Below, piece by piece: positions 35,666-45,818 of a stretch of DNA of 58,709 nucleotides (its first letter is position 1; each line of letters opens with the position of its first letter). Made by a program: the position numbers and the translations under genes. The stretch is from a virus (lineage: Duplodnaviria; Caudoviricetes). The stretch is from positions 1 through 58,709 of IMG/VR virus record IMGVR_UViG_3300027759_000102; one strand, 5' to 3'. Below the pieces are notes generated by a model. It was not told the origin of the DNA. It saw only the letters and a program-made list of their open reading frames with translations, and searched no databases.

Positions 35666-35959
35666 ATGACGATGAAACAAAAACGTGGATATTCCGATCA
35701 GGTAAGACAATCGGTGCAAAAGAATTCTGCTAACCCCCTCGATGATAACTGTGGGGTAGAGCTAGGTAGGCTATGTATTTTGCATGGCTATTCAGTAGTT
35801 GAAGTTGCTGAAGTGTTTAAGGTGAGCCGCACCACTGTTTATAATTGGTTTCATGCGCTTAGTAGACCCACTAAACATCTTGAGCCAAAAGTATTAGCAT
35901 TGGTAACAAGGTTACAAGAAAAACCCATTCCGCAAAAATACATACACGAAGATGAATAA
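35666..35959 (+). CDS. Helix-turn-helix (Cro/XRE-like) DNA-binding protein
   Basis: SVVEVAEVFKVSRTTVYNWF fits the HTH signature. Confidence 0.75.
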   Translation: MTMKQKRGYSDQVRQSVQKNSANPLDDNCGVELGRLCILHGYSVVEVAEVFKVSRTTVYNWFHALSRPTKHLEPKVLALVTRLQEKPIPQKYIHEDE

Positions 35960-35961
35960 AT

Positions 35962-38799
35962 ATGATTACCAGACAAGAGTTTTTAGGGGTAGTGCTTCCC
36001 CCTAAAGGTTTTTACTGCGTAGTCGGAATCAAAGGAAAAATAATTCACAGCCAAACATTCCATAGTTCTTTAGCAGAAGTGGATGATGCGGTTGAAAAAT
36101 TAGAAGGTCAAAAACTTAATTCATTTGTGGCGTTGGCTAGTTTTGAAACAGATGGGAATCGGACAGCAGTTAATGCTTCTGAGCTTAAGTCATTTTTTCT
36201 TGATCTTGATTGCGGGGTTGATGACCTTGATAAAAAGTATCCGGACAAAAACAGTGCGGTTGCTGACCTAAAGCAGTTTGTTAAGGAAATGAAGTTACCT
36301 CGCCCGATGGTGGTTGACTCGGGTAACGGGGTTCACGCCTATTGGCCGTTGACTGCGCCAGTAAAGCGGGATGAGTGGAAGGTAGTTGCGGAACGGTTTA
36401 AAGCAATATGTGCAATGAAGGGGCTTAAGATTGACTTCAATGTACCTGCTGATGCCGCCCGTGTGTTGCGCGCTGTTGATTCACATAACTTTAAGGACAT
36501 TGAAAACCCAAGGAAGGTATCCATATTAACTGTTACCGAGCCAATGGAGTTTGCCGCATTCAAGAACCTGATGGGGATTTCTGATACGGCTACATTAGCC
36601 CCGCGTAAACCGTTAGATGAAGCAACCAAATCATTACTAGAGAAGCAGATACCACCGGCTAGCTTTAAGTTAATTCTTAAGAAGAGTTTGAGTGGGTCAG
36701 GATGTAAGCAGATTGCAGACTACGTAGTTAACCAAGCTACCGCACCGTATGACATGTGGAGAGCCGCGTTGTCTGTTGCTCAGGTGTGCAACGATAGGGA
36801 TAAAGCGATTCATCTTATCTCACGAGATCACCCAGAGTATTCACACGCTGAGACTGAGAAGAAGGCGAACGATACACATGGGGCGTATAGCTGTGCCACG
36901 TTCCAAGGACTAAACCCTAGTGGGTGCGATGGCTGTAAGTTTAAGGGCAAGATTACTAACCCGTTGAAGTTAGGTAGAGGTGAGATTGAAGCGGCTACCC
37001 CCGAGGACAATAAGGTAGTAGACGCTGTAGAACCAGAGAGAATTTATACGATACCCGATTACCCATTCCCGTATATACGGGGGAAGCGCGGAGGTATATT
37101 TGTTAAGACAAAAGATGAGGATGACAATCCCAAGGATGTAATGATTTATGAAAACGATTTCTATTTAGTAAACACGGTAGATGATCCGCTAGTCGGGATG
37201 GCAGGTTTGTTTCGATTGCACCTACCGAAAGATGGAGTAAAAGAATTTCTTATCCCTATGATGGACATGATTGCTAAGGATAAGTTTGGGGCGCACCTTG
37301 CAAAACAGGGTGTGAGTGCAACTGGAAAAGGTCAAATGGAGTCTATTATGAATTACACTGGAGCCGCAATAAAGTCGTATCAGCAAACACGCCGCGCAGA
37401 GAAGTCACGCCTACAGTTTGGGTGGACAGACAATCATACCGCGTTCATTATTGGGGATAGGCAAGTCACCGCCACCGAAGTTTCGTACAGCCCCCCATCC
37501 TCACAAACACTAGGGATGGTTAAGAAGTTTAGAAGGGTAGGCGCTCTATCCGAGTGGAAGAAGATTGCAGCATTCTACAACCGTCCCGGAATGGAACTAC
37601 ACATGTTTATGATGTTCTCTGGGTTTAGTTCTGCGCTAGTGCCGTTCTCTAACCAGAAGGGTGGCATTATAAGTTTACATAGCACAGACGCTGGCACGGG
37701 TAAAACCACCATGCTGAGAATGATTAATAGTATCTTTGGCCACCCAGACGATTTGATGTTAATCAGGGACGATACACCCAATGCAAGGGCACAGATCGTT
37801 GGCACGTTGCAGAACTATACGGTGACACTGGACGAGATTACAAACGATACACCTGAAGCATTATCTCAGTTCTTGTATAACCACCTGCATGGTCGCGGCA
37901 AAGAGCGTCAAAGCGCGTCAGCTAATTCAATACGGCTGAACACAGTCTCATGGCTATGTAACCTTGTAACAACGGGTAACTCAACGCTAGAAGACAAGCT
38001 GCTATCCAAGAAGCGTAACCCAGATGGGGAACTTGCACGGTTCCTTGAGTTTCAATACTTGCCCGGAAGTGATGTTGATAAAGCCGAGTCCGATACAGTT
38101 TTTGATACCCTGAAGACAAACTACGGTGTGGCGGGTGAACAGTATGTGCAATACTTAATCCGTGAGATGGATGCTTCGATAAAGACTTTAAGCAGTATGC
38201 AGAAGTCAATTGACAAGGCGGCGAAGCTTACACAGCGTGAACGGTATTGGTCTACGATTGCTGCAACTACCTTAACGGGTGGGTTATTGGCGCGGGCTTC
38301 GGGCGTGTTGGATTTCAGCGATGACGACTTTGAGCGGGTATTTAAGTGGATTATTGCGGTGTTGAAAACTAAACGCCAAGCGGTTACTTCTGCCCCGTCC
38401 GAACCATCGTTGATGCTTGGTGCGTTCCTATCGGAGCATATCAATGACGCATTGATTATTAATGGTGGGGTAGATCGTAAGGCAAACATGGCGCAAGAAG
38501 CACCTATACGTGAACCTAGGGGCAAGCTATACATTCGCTATGAGCCTGACACTAAACATCTGTATATCAACAAGCGTAAGTTCCGTGAGTATTGCACCCA
38601 AGGTCAGATTTCTTACGCAAGTGTTATTGCGGCTATGACTAGCCTAGGTTGTTTTGTAGCGGACAAGAAGGCGCGGATGGGTAAGGGCACACCGTTCTCT
38701 CAACCCGAGGCAGTCCTTATATTCTCAAACGCAGGTGAGAAGTTATTTGAAGATGGGGAAGTAGTAAATGCAAAGCCACGGGTTGTCAATACGGATTAA
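35962..38799 (+). CDS. Primase-helicase (AEP-like primase, PriCT/Zn region, DUF927-type helicase)
   Basis: FLDLD, SGNGVHAYW, C...C..C, FGW, Walker A GTGKT and Walker B LDE motifs. Confidence 0.85.
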   Translation: MITRQEFLGVVLPPKGFYCVVGIKGKIIHSQTFHSSLAEVDDAVEKLEGQKLNSFVALASFETDGNRTAVNASELKSFFLDLDCGVDDLDKKYPDKNSAVADLKQFVKEMKLPRPMVVDSGNGVHAYWPLTAPVKRDEWKVVAERFKAICAMKGLKIDFNVPADAARVLRAVDSHNFKDIENPRKVSILTVTEPMEFAAFKNLMGISDTATLAPRKPLDEATKSLLEKQIPPASFKLILKKSLSGSGCKQIADYVVNQATAPYDMWRAALSVAQVCNDRDKAIHLISRDHPEYSHAETEKKANDTHGAYSCATFQGLNPSGCDGCKFKGKITNPLKLGRGEIEAATPEDNKVVDAVEPERIYTIPDYPFPYIRGKRGGIFVKTKDEDDNPKDVMIYENDFYLVNTVDDPLVGMAGLFRLHLPKDGVKEFLIPMMDMIAKDKFGAHLAKQGVSATGKGQMESIMNYTGAAIKSYQQTRRAEKSRLQFGWTDNHTAFIIGDRQVTATEVSYSPPSSQTLGMVKKFRRVGALSEWKKIAAFYNRPGMELHMFMMFSGFSSALVPFSNQKGGIISLHSTDAGTGKTTMLRMINSIFGHPDDLMLIRDDTPNARAQIVGTLQNYTVTLDEITNDTPEALSQFLYNHLHGRGKERQSASANSIRLNTVSWLCNLVTTGNSTLEDKLLSKKRNPDGELARFLEFQYLPGSDVDKAESDTVFDTLKTNYGVAGEQYVQYLIREMDASIKTLSSMQKSIDKAAKLTQRERYWSTIAATTLTGGLLARASGVLDFSDDDFERVFKWIIAVLKTKRQAVTSAPSEPSLMLGAFLSEHINDALIINGGVDRKANMAQEAPIREPRGKLYIRYEPDTKHLYINKRKFREYCTQGQISYASVIAAMTSLGCFVADKKARMGKGTPFSQPEAVLIFSNAGEKLFEDGEVVNAKPRVVNTD

Positions 38800-38965
38800 G
38801 TGGGATTTGTTCAAGATTGGAACCTCGGTGTTCATTCCGGGACTCGATCAACCTGACCTTAAGAGGCAAGCAGTAGCTGAATTTGGCAGGTTGAACATTC
38901 CGGTTGTTGTGCGCCCCGTAATTGAAAATGATATAGTTGGAATAAGAGTTTGGCGGGTTCCATAA
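38768..38965 (+). CDS. Small conserved protein after the primase gene
   Basis: W..F..G.S.FIP...GIRVWR motif. Confidence 0.6.
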   Translation: MQSHGLSIRIKWDLFKIGTSVFIPGLDQPDLKRQAVAEFGRLNIPVVVRPVIENDIVGIRVWRVP

Positions 38966-39012
38966 TACCTGCTAGAATCAAGCCTGTTTCTCCCTCTCTC
39001 CGTGGTAAGTTT

Positions 39013-39040
39013 CCCCCAACGTGTGTTGGGGGTTTTTTTT
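39013..39040 (+). terminator. Rho-independent terminator at the convergence point
   Basis: CCCCCAAC-GTGT-GTTGGGGG followed by T8. Confidence 0.85.
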
Positions 39041-42000
39041 ACCTATACATCCGAGTAAGGTTAGTATCAAACGTAGGTGTCAGTTCCGCAAAGGCGCGTA
39101 ACGTAGGCAAGCGCAAACTCTTTAGGTATTTAGTCTGTTCATCTTCAAGCTTGTCTAACTTCTCCCGCATTTGTTCCGCGGTTAACGTGGTGTCAGACAA
39201 TATGCGTTTGCGTATTCCTCTATATACCCCAAGGTCTGCATCAACCCGCGTCTGTAACTGCCGCAACGCAAAAGCCTTTTTATTCTGCGGGTCGTTGATA
39301 TACTCCAACGCATCTTGGTTTCTACCAGCCGAAATCAAATCACGGTAAGCTCGTGCAGTTGTATCTATGCGGTCACGTAACTCATAGTAGTCTTCCAAAG
39401 ATGCTTTGTCCTTAGAGCTATACGTAAAGGTTTTGAGACCGGGGTAGTCCTCTACGCGCATACTTGGAGTTACTTTACCATCAGCGGCATGGAACAACCC
39501 GTTGGTCATTGAGATAACAAACCCCCCTAGCTGTCCTGTTAACCCACGTAGAAGGTAGTCAACCTTCATAGGAGATGCACCCATTGCAGCGCCTAGCTGT
39601 ATAGCAACCTCAGAAGTATTTTCACCAACTTGTTGGTTCAGCGGTAAGTATTCTTTGCTCTTTCCGACGATAGGGTTGCTACTATAGAATGAACGATTCA
39701 ATACAAGTTCTACACCAACCTTAGCACCTACACCGCCGGGGATAAAGTTCTCAAGGCTACCTAAGTCAGTAAACCCTTTCCACATAGCTCGACCCGCACG
39801 AGCACCTGCATCTTCAGACTCTAACCCCTCTGCAAGCATGTAGCGCGTAATCTGTTCAGGCACTACCTTGAATAAGAACCCAATGCCGTCGCCCGGAACA
39901 GGGATGCGAATGTTTGTCTCTGGGATAATCAGGCTGCGGTTACGGGTGCTGTCATCAAGTTTTTTGTAGTCATCATCATCACCTACCATCATGGTGTAAA
40001 GCGAAGTGAGTATGGCTAACTGCATACCACGATAGATAATAGCTAACCGTGTTTGGTTACGAGTGCCTTCACTGAGCCGTGCAGAACCAAGCACCAACCC
40101 TTTGTAAAGGTTGTTGAGGTCATTCATATACACGCCCATAAACGGCACGGTCTGACGCAGGAAGCTAGCGTATTCACTAGACCCTTGAGTATCGAAGTTA
40201 ATGATCTCACGAGCGCGGCGTATAGCTAATACCTCATTGCCTGTCTCTTTCATGGTGAGTTCGTATAGCGCAGTCCTAGTTGCGGCATCAGAAGCGTTTT
40301 GTATAGCCTCAAACGTATCCCACAGCTTTCCAAACATCCCACGCTTCTCAAGACCAAGCCTACGTTGCGCAGTTCGTCCTGCCTCACCGGGGATAACATC
40401 TCCACCACGACCTACTACACCAAATTGTTTAAGCCGTTCACCTGTTGTTGTGGTGCTAAATAGTTCTTTCATAAAGTTAGTCAATACGCGGGGTATTACT
40501 GCGTAAGGGTTGCGTAGCCCACCTGCAACAAAGGCGCGCATAGCGTCTTGGGGTAGCTGCCCTAACGCAAAGATTGGGAACGACGTTACACCTCTACGCA
40601 CCAAGTTAGCAGGGGCGGCAAAGAACTCAGTCATTGCACCGTGCGCGGTTTTAAACCCTCTGAACGCAGGGACAAACGCGGGGTCAGTAAACTCGTAGTA
40701 GTGTGGTATGCCATTGCGCATAACCTGCACAGTATTAGCCCGATTAACCCCTGCCGCATCTGGTGCACCCACACGCTTGGCTATGGGTCTACCGGCAATA
40801 CCAAACCGCTGTGCGTAGTCAACCATATACGCTGAGGTGTCGTTGCTAACTGACTTGGCTACCATCCAGTTACTTAAGTGCGCCATGTTGTCTAAGATGT
40901 TATTGATCTGCTTTGATTCAACACTGCCGCCCTTTAGGTCTTTGAGCATACTCTTGTTCATCAAACCTTTGGCAAACGCCCGAGGAGAGGGGATGTTGAT
41001 GCTTCCATCGTCATTCTCTGACCACCGATTCCACGGCACGTAGTCTGAGTATTCTTTCCACTCCGCGGCTTGCTCGGATGTGATTACCCCTGCGGCAACC
41101 AAACCATCTACGCCGTGATTCTTAAACTTGGTATATAGCTGCGCGGCAGCGGCAATCTCAGGAATGTCATTATAGACTTCTAACCCAAATTTTATTTGAT
41201 CGGCCGTTAAGGTAGGTTTAACTTCACCCTTAGCAATTGCAGATGCCAACCCTTGTTCCCGTTTAGCACTAACCGCCATATTAAAAAAGTAATTAGCGGC
41301 ATTAAAGTCTTTAATTTTTTTGTATTTTCCAACTGTGCTTTGTAGTTTTTTAATAATGTCTACATAGTTGGCATCCGTTTTGTATGCTTCCCACATACCA
41401 CGAGAGTTCTTACGAAACCCGCCTAGTTCTAAGGTAGCAAGCGCAATACCGTGTGTTTTTGAAGCGGCTTGCATACGGTCAATACCACTAGCCGCACCCG
41501 CCGCATCGAGCGAGTTGTTACCACCTAGCGTATCAACAAACAATTCTTCCCACGGTGCGTTTTTATCTGCCATCTGTTTACGCACAGACTCTACTACCCC
41601 CGCGGTACGGGCAAAACGGTCGGGGCGTGTTACGGTGTCGATAGCACCTTGTATGATGCCTTTGGCTGGTGGTGGCCCACTAAATACTCTACTAGCTTCA
41701 GCATCAGCCGCATCAAGCGCAGGGCTAGCTAAACTAAACCGCATCACGGCTTCTTTAGAAATCTCACGTACTGCTCCCGGTTTGTTTTTAGATGACGCAC
41801 CAGTTTCTCTAACATAACTAAACTTGTTAATCTTATCAAAGATTCCTTGGTTGATTGCCATTTCTCGAACAGACCTAAACGCTGTACGTACGATTTGGTC
41901 ACCCACCAGACCACGTTTAAACTTAAAGTATCCGTTCTCTTGGAAGATTACGTCTTTGTATTTCTTTATTACCTCTGGACTAATAACCCCAGAAGTGCCT

Positions 42001-45000
42001 AGGTATACACTGTTCCAAGTTGACCCATCCATAGCTAAGTAGAACGTATCCACCACAGCAGGCGCAACATACTTAGCTGACCGCTTAGGAGGAACAACGT
42101 CTAGGTCTACGATCTGTGCTTCTATAGAGTGTGGGGTAGACGTGAATATAACCCCCGCATTAGCTACAGGACCAAACGCACCAATAGGTCTAGCATCAGA
42201 GAGTTTAATATCATCCGTGCCAAGCTCAAGGATTTTGTATTTGGTTAGCTTTGCCCAATCGGTTTTCTTAGTATTAGTTTCCCTAATCTCATCATTGAAC
42301 TCAACTACAGGCGTTTTGATTGCGATGTGCGCAGCACCAAAGGCGGCGTTGACAAGGTCTTGTTCGGTTAAATCTTTACGGAAACCAATCTTACTTAATG
42401 CCGATTTTAGTGCGGCGTAAATTCTACGTAGCCAAGTATTCTCTGGGCGGTAACTTTGCGGTGTAACACCTCGATTGACTAACTCCTCAACCATATAGGC
42501 AATGATTTCATCATCTACGCTACCACCCTTGGCTAGCGCAGTTTGTGCGGCTTTACCTTTTAGATCACTTCCTTTAGCCCATTTACGGACTGTGTTAGCA
42601 AGGTATTCACGTTCGCCTGATTTCAACGCAAGGTCAAACCCAACATGCGCACCCAACTCGTGCAGTAGCACACCAAGTTCGTTACCAAATTTAATGTTGT
42701 TTGCAACTAAGTAAACCCGCCCTTTGTAAGCAACACCCTTAGCGGTTGGGCGCGCTGTGAACGGTAGGTCAGATACATCCTGCACAATAGTTACTAGACG
42801 GTTAAAACCTTCATCAAACCTAAACCATTTCTTAGTTGCCTTCCGCACATTATCAACGGTATTGCCTGTGCCCTTGCCGGCTGTCTCGGTTTGCGAATAA
42901 CGGCGTGAACCAACATACTCATCTATTGCGTCGTCTACAGCGTTATCAAATTCTTCTTCAAGTTCTTTTACTAGTTTCTTTTGCGCTTCAGTTGAAATAT
43001 CCGCAAACTCTTCTTCCGTGCTTTTAATTTTTCCTTTTACTACTTTCTTCTCTTTCTTTTCTTCTTTTGCTAATAAAGCTTGCTCTTCTTCTAACTCGGC
43101 TTGAAGTTCGGCTTGAAGTTTTGCGTCATTTATTTCTTCAGCAGTTTTAGTTTCTGCAACAGCTTCTTCAGGTTTGGTAACCGTAGTTTGCAGCGCGGCC
43201 TTATTGATTGCGCGCCTTGCTTTTCTGTTTTCTTTAACAACAGCTTTTTCTTTAGTCTTAGCTTCTTCTAAGGCTTCAGCTTTACGCCGTTCAGCTTCGC
43301 TTCCTTTTTTGTATCGCTCAAAGCGCCGTGTCTCACGTTCGTAGTGTTTTTTCTCTTGGGGTGTAGCATTAGTTTTTGCGTAGTCAGCAAAAGCCCGTGC
43401 GTGTACACCGCCTTGACCTTCATACTCCCTGCCACTACCCTGCTCTTCAATTGCACCTGTAGATTTAATTACTTTGAACCCACCAGCAGGTACGTTCTCT
43501 ACAGTGTCATAAGCTAACGCACTAAGGGCAGTGCGCATGTCCCCATAGTGGCTTACATAACGGCGGGTAGCATCAACCTGTGCGCGTTCTTCTGGAGTAG
43601 CGTTAGGCTTATACGGTATCTTATCGAGTTCCGCTTTAGTGTTAGCAAGTTTGTTAGGTTGAACTTGTTGCGTTACTGAGGTGGCGGGTTCTTCTTCTGT
43701 TGACGTTTTAGGCGGCTCGGTTTGGGTGGTTTTAGGGGCATTAGTTTTTCCTTTATTAACAAGGTCATCAACCTTAGTCTGCATTTCGTTTTGTAGGCTT
43801 TGTTGCTCATCGGTTAGTGCACTTGACTTCTTTTCTTCTCCTCCATCAAGTTCAACAATAGGTTCCCCAGTAGTTCCCACTCCGGCTCCCTCAGTAGAAG
43901 TAGGGGTGGATTGATCGGTGGTGTCTGATGATAAAGGCACGACAGCGCCGCTTGCAGGTCCTGTTGATTTAGCCTTTGCAATAGTTCTAGGTTTGGCATT
44001 TTTGCCCCCCACTTGGTTTACTTCGGTTATTTTATTCCCAAAATGTATACCTTCACCAGCATCGTTTAACGGACTTTGCTCATTAAAAATTTCTACAGGA
44101 TGCAATCCTTTTTTGGGTTCAGTTGTATACGGAACCTTAGCTAACACCTGCCCTTGCTTAAACCCATAATGATTTTGAGAAGCTATAAGACTGGCTGTCC
44201 CATTACCATCGGGTACTAACGCTGTAGGAAGTTCAGGGTTTTGAAATACGCCTGCAACGGAATTAACACTGTCGGTATCCATAAAGATTGTTTTACGCGA
44301 CTTCGGTTGTAATCCTTTGGTAGTGTCTTTATGGTTTTCCCCACTGCGATTACGTTGTGTTGAGTTGTCGTCATACAGACCATAGGTAGACCCACGCCCA
44401 GTGCGAAAGGTTGCTACTACGTCATTACGATTTTCAAACGGGGTGTATGTTGGCAATCCTTCAGACGCGGGTTTAGGGGGTTCTATCTTTGCAATCTTAC
44501 GTTTTGGTTGGCTAAGTAATTCTTCCGGGGTTATTGCTGTAGCAACCGATGCTTCATCACGACCTTCTAACTTGGCCTTTGCAATTTTACGTTTTGGTTC
44601 GGGTGTAGTTGTAAGGTTACTATCGTTGTAAGCATCTACTTGCGCTTGCGTAGTTGCAACTGACCCATCAGGTAAGGTAACAGGCGTAAACGGTTCTTGC
44701 TTGGTTAATTGCTTTGGTTCAACAGATGCGTTGTATTCATCTAATTGTTCTTGTGTGGTTGCAACTGACCCATCAGGTAAGGTAACAGGCGTAAACGGTT
44801 CTTGGTTAGTTAACTGTAGTGGTGCTGTGGGTGGGGTTGTAGGTTCAGTTGGGGGTATTGCTTCGTATTTACCAGAGGGCTGTGCGTTCTCAGATTGGGG
44901 ATTTCCACGCATTGCACCAGCAAGTGCACCCGCAGTACCACCTACCGCTGCCGCCCCAAAGAAAGACTCAAAGTATTCGTTTTTAGCATCTTTATCGTCT

Positions 45001-45818
45001 AGGGGTAACCCTGCTTGCCACCGTTCAGCAGCTGTTTCTAAAACTTCGGTAGGAGCTTCGGCAATAATACCGGCGGTTGAACCTGTTAATACTCGTCCAG
45101 CTAAACCCGTCCCTTTACGTTTTGCAAGTTCAGCACCTATTTCAGTTCCAGCTTTTTTACCTAAAGAACCTATCCCTACAGTAAATTTATCCGCAATATA
45201 CCCAAATGGGGCGGTACCCGTTGCGGTTAAAGCAGCTTTAGCAACTTCTAGTTCTTTTGGATCATTTTTTTCTTGCGCTTGCCGTACTAAGAAATTTCCA
45301 AATTGTTGTACTCCGTAAGTAGCAATACCAACTGCAGTTCCACCTAGCGGAGTTAGGAACGGGCTAGTCGCAGCCGCCGCAGCTAAAGGCACCGCCATTC
45401 CGGGTGCAGATTGGAGAAACTGCTCAGAAACAAATTGAGGAACTTGCCTAGCCGCGGCAGCTAATCCTTTTTCTTTGTATATATCTTGTATACGGCCCGC
45501 GGTTAAACCTTGTTGTTTTGCGGCATCTATTTCGTTTTGTTCTTTTATTGCCTCCATTTTTTGGCGGGTTTCTTCGTCTGTACCCGTAATAGACGACGCG
45601 GCTAACCCTAGCCCTGAGCCAATTTCTTTAAACGCACCAACCCCACGTTTAAGTGCACCCCTTGCGCTTTCCATAAAACCAAGGTCTTCAGGCGCTTTAT
45701 TACTTGCGGCCTGTTTCTCTAGTGTTATACGCCTAGCTGTTTTTTCGATAACTGATTTGTCTGTATCATCGGGAAACTCTAGGGGTGTGCCATCGTAAAG
45801 TTCAACTTGTATCGCCAT
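39039..45818 (-). CDS. Giant internal virion/ejection protein (polyvalent type; zincin-like HE motif, LPD38-like C-terminus)
   Basis: 2259 aa with N-terminal hydrophobic helices, LLHELGAH, YVPW.R, INF...G, PF and KVDYL.RG.TG motifs; last gene of the late operon. Confidence 0.75.
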   Translation of the reverse strand: MAIQVELYDGTPLEFPDDTDKSVIEKTARRITLEKQAASNKAPEDLGFMESARGALKRGVGAFKEIGSGLGLAASSITGTDEETRQKMEAIKEQNEIDAAKQQGLTAGRIQDIYKEKGLAAAARQVPQFVSEQFLQSAPGMAVPLAAAAATSPFLTPLGGTAVGIATYGVQQFGNFLVRQAQEKNDPKELEVAKAALTATGTAPFGYIADKFTVGIGSLGKKAGTEIGAELAKRKGTGLAGRVLTGSTAGIIAEAPTEVLETAAERWQAGLPLDDKDAKNEYFESFFGAAAVGGTAGALAGAMRGNPQSENAQPSGKYEAIPPTEPTTPPTAPLQLTNQEPFTPVTLPDGSVATTQEQLDEYNASVEPKQLTKQEPFTPVTLPDGSVATTQAQVDAYNDSNLTTTPEPKRKIAKAKLEGRDEASVATAITPEELLSQPKRKIAKIEPPKPASEGLPTYTPFENRNDVVATFRTGRGSTYGLYDDNSTQRNRSGENHKDTTKGLQPKSRKTIFMDTDSVNSVAGVFQNPELPTALVPDGNGTASLIASQNHYGFKQGQVLAKVPYTTEPKKGLHPVEIFNEQSPLNDAGEGIHFGNKITEVNQVGGKNAKPRTIAKAKSTGPASGAVVPLSSDTTDQSTPTSTEGAGVGTTGEPIVELDGGEEKKSSALTDEQQSLQNEMQTKVDDLVNKGKTNAPKTTQTEPPKTSTEEEPATSVTQQVQPNKLANTKAELDKIPYKPNATPEERAQVDATRRYVSHYGDMRTALSALAYDTVENVPAGGFKVIKSTGAIEEQGSGREYEGQGGVHARAFADYAKTNATPQEKKHYERETRRFERYKKGSEAERRKAEALEEAKTKEKAVVKENRKARRAINKAALQTTVTKPEEAVAETKTAEEINDAKLQAELQAELEEEQALLAKEEKKEKKVVKGKIKSTEEEFADISTEAQKKLVKELEEEFDNAVDDAIDEYVGSRRYSQTETAGKGTGNTVDNVRKATKKWFRFDEGFNRLVTIVQDVSDLPFTARPTAKGVAYKGRVYLVANNIKFGNELGVLLHELGAHVGFDLALKSGEREYLANTVRKWAKGSDLKGKAAQTALAKGGSVDDEIIAYMVEELVNRGVTPQSYRPENTWLRRIYAALKSALSKIGFRKDLTEQDLVNAAFGAAHIAIKTPVVEFNDEIRETNTKKTDWAKLTKYKILELGTDDIKLSDARPIGAFGPVANAGVIFTSTPHSIEAQIVDLDVVPPKRSAKYVAPAVVDTFYLAMDGSTWNSVYLGTSGVISPEVIKKYKDVIFQENGYFKFKRGLVGDQIVRTAFRSVREMAINQGIFDKINKFSYVRETGASSKNKPGAVREISKEAVMRFSLASPALDAADAEASRVFSGPPPAKGIIQGAIDTVTRPDRFARTAGVVESVRKQMADKNAPWEELFVDTLGGNNSLDAAGAASGIDRMQAASKTHGIALATLELGGFRKNSRGMWEAYKTDANYVDIIKKLQSTVGKYKKIKDFNAANYFFNMAVSAKREQGLASAIAKGEVKPTLTADQIKFGLEVYNDIPEIAAAAQLYTKFKNHGVDGLVAAGVITSEQAAEWKEYSDYVPWNRWSENDDGSINIPSPRAFAKGLMNKSMLKDLKGGSVESKQINNILDNMAHLSNWMVAKSVSNDTSAYMVDYAQRFGIAGRPIAKRVGAPDAAGVNRANTVQVMRNGIPHYYEFTDPAFVPAFRGFKTAHGAMTEFFAAPANLVRRGVTSFPIFALGQLPQDAMRAFVAGGLRNPYAVIPRVLTNFMKELFSTTTTGERLKQFGVVGRGGDVIPGEAGRTAQRRLGLEKRGMFGKLWDTFEAIQNASDAATRTALYELTMKETGNEVLAIRRAREIINFDTQGSSEYASFLRQTVPFMGVYMNDLNNLYKGLVLGSARLSEGTRNQTRLAIIYRGMQLAILTSLYTMMVGDDDDYKKLDDSTRNRSLIIPETNIRIPVPGDGIGFLFKVVPEQITRYMLAEGLESEDAGARAGRAMWKGFTDLGSLENFIPGGVGAKVGVELVLNRSFYSSNPIVGKSKEYLPLNQQVGENTSEVAIQLGAAMGASPMKVDYLLRGLTGQLGGFVISMTNGLFHAADGKVTPSMRVEDYPGLKTFTYSSKDKASLEDYYELRDRIDTTARAYRDLISAGRNQDALEYINDPQNKKAFALRQLQTRVDADLGVYRGIRKRILSDTTLTAEQMREKLDKLEDEQTKYLKSLRLPTLRAFAELTPTFDTNLTRMYR
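44620..44820 (-). repeat. 105-bp tandem duplication in the giant protein
   Basis: Peptide LT.QEPFTPVTLPDGSVATTQ.Q.D.YN occurs twice; identical DNA blocks start at 44653 and 44758. Confidence 0.85.

Noticed and set aside
19734-38799. Minus-strand ORFs inside the early/replication block (e.g. 20568, 25045, 38121)
   Set aside because: They are antisense shadows of genes with clear catalytic motifs.
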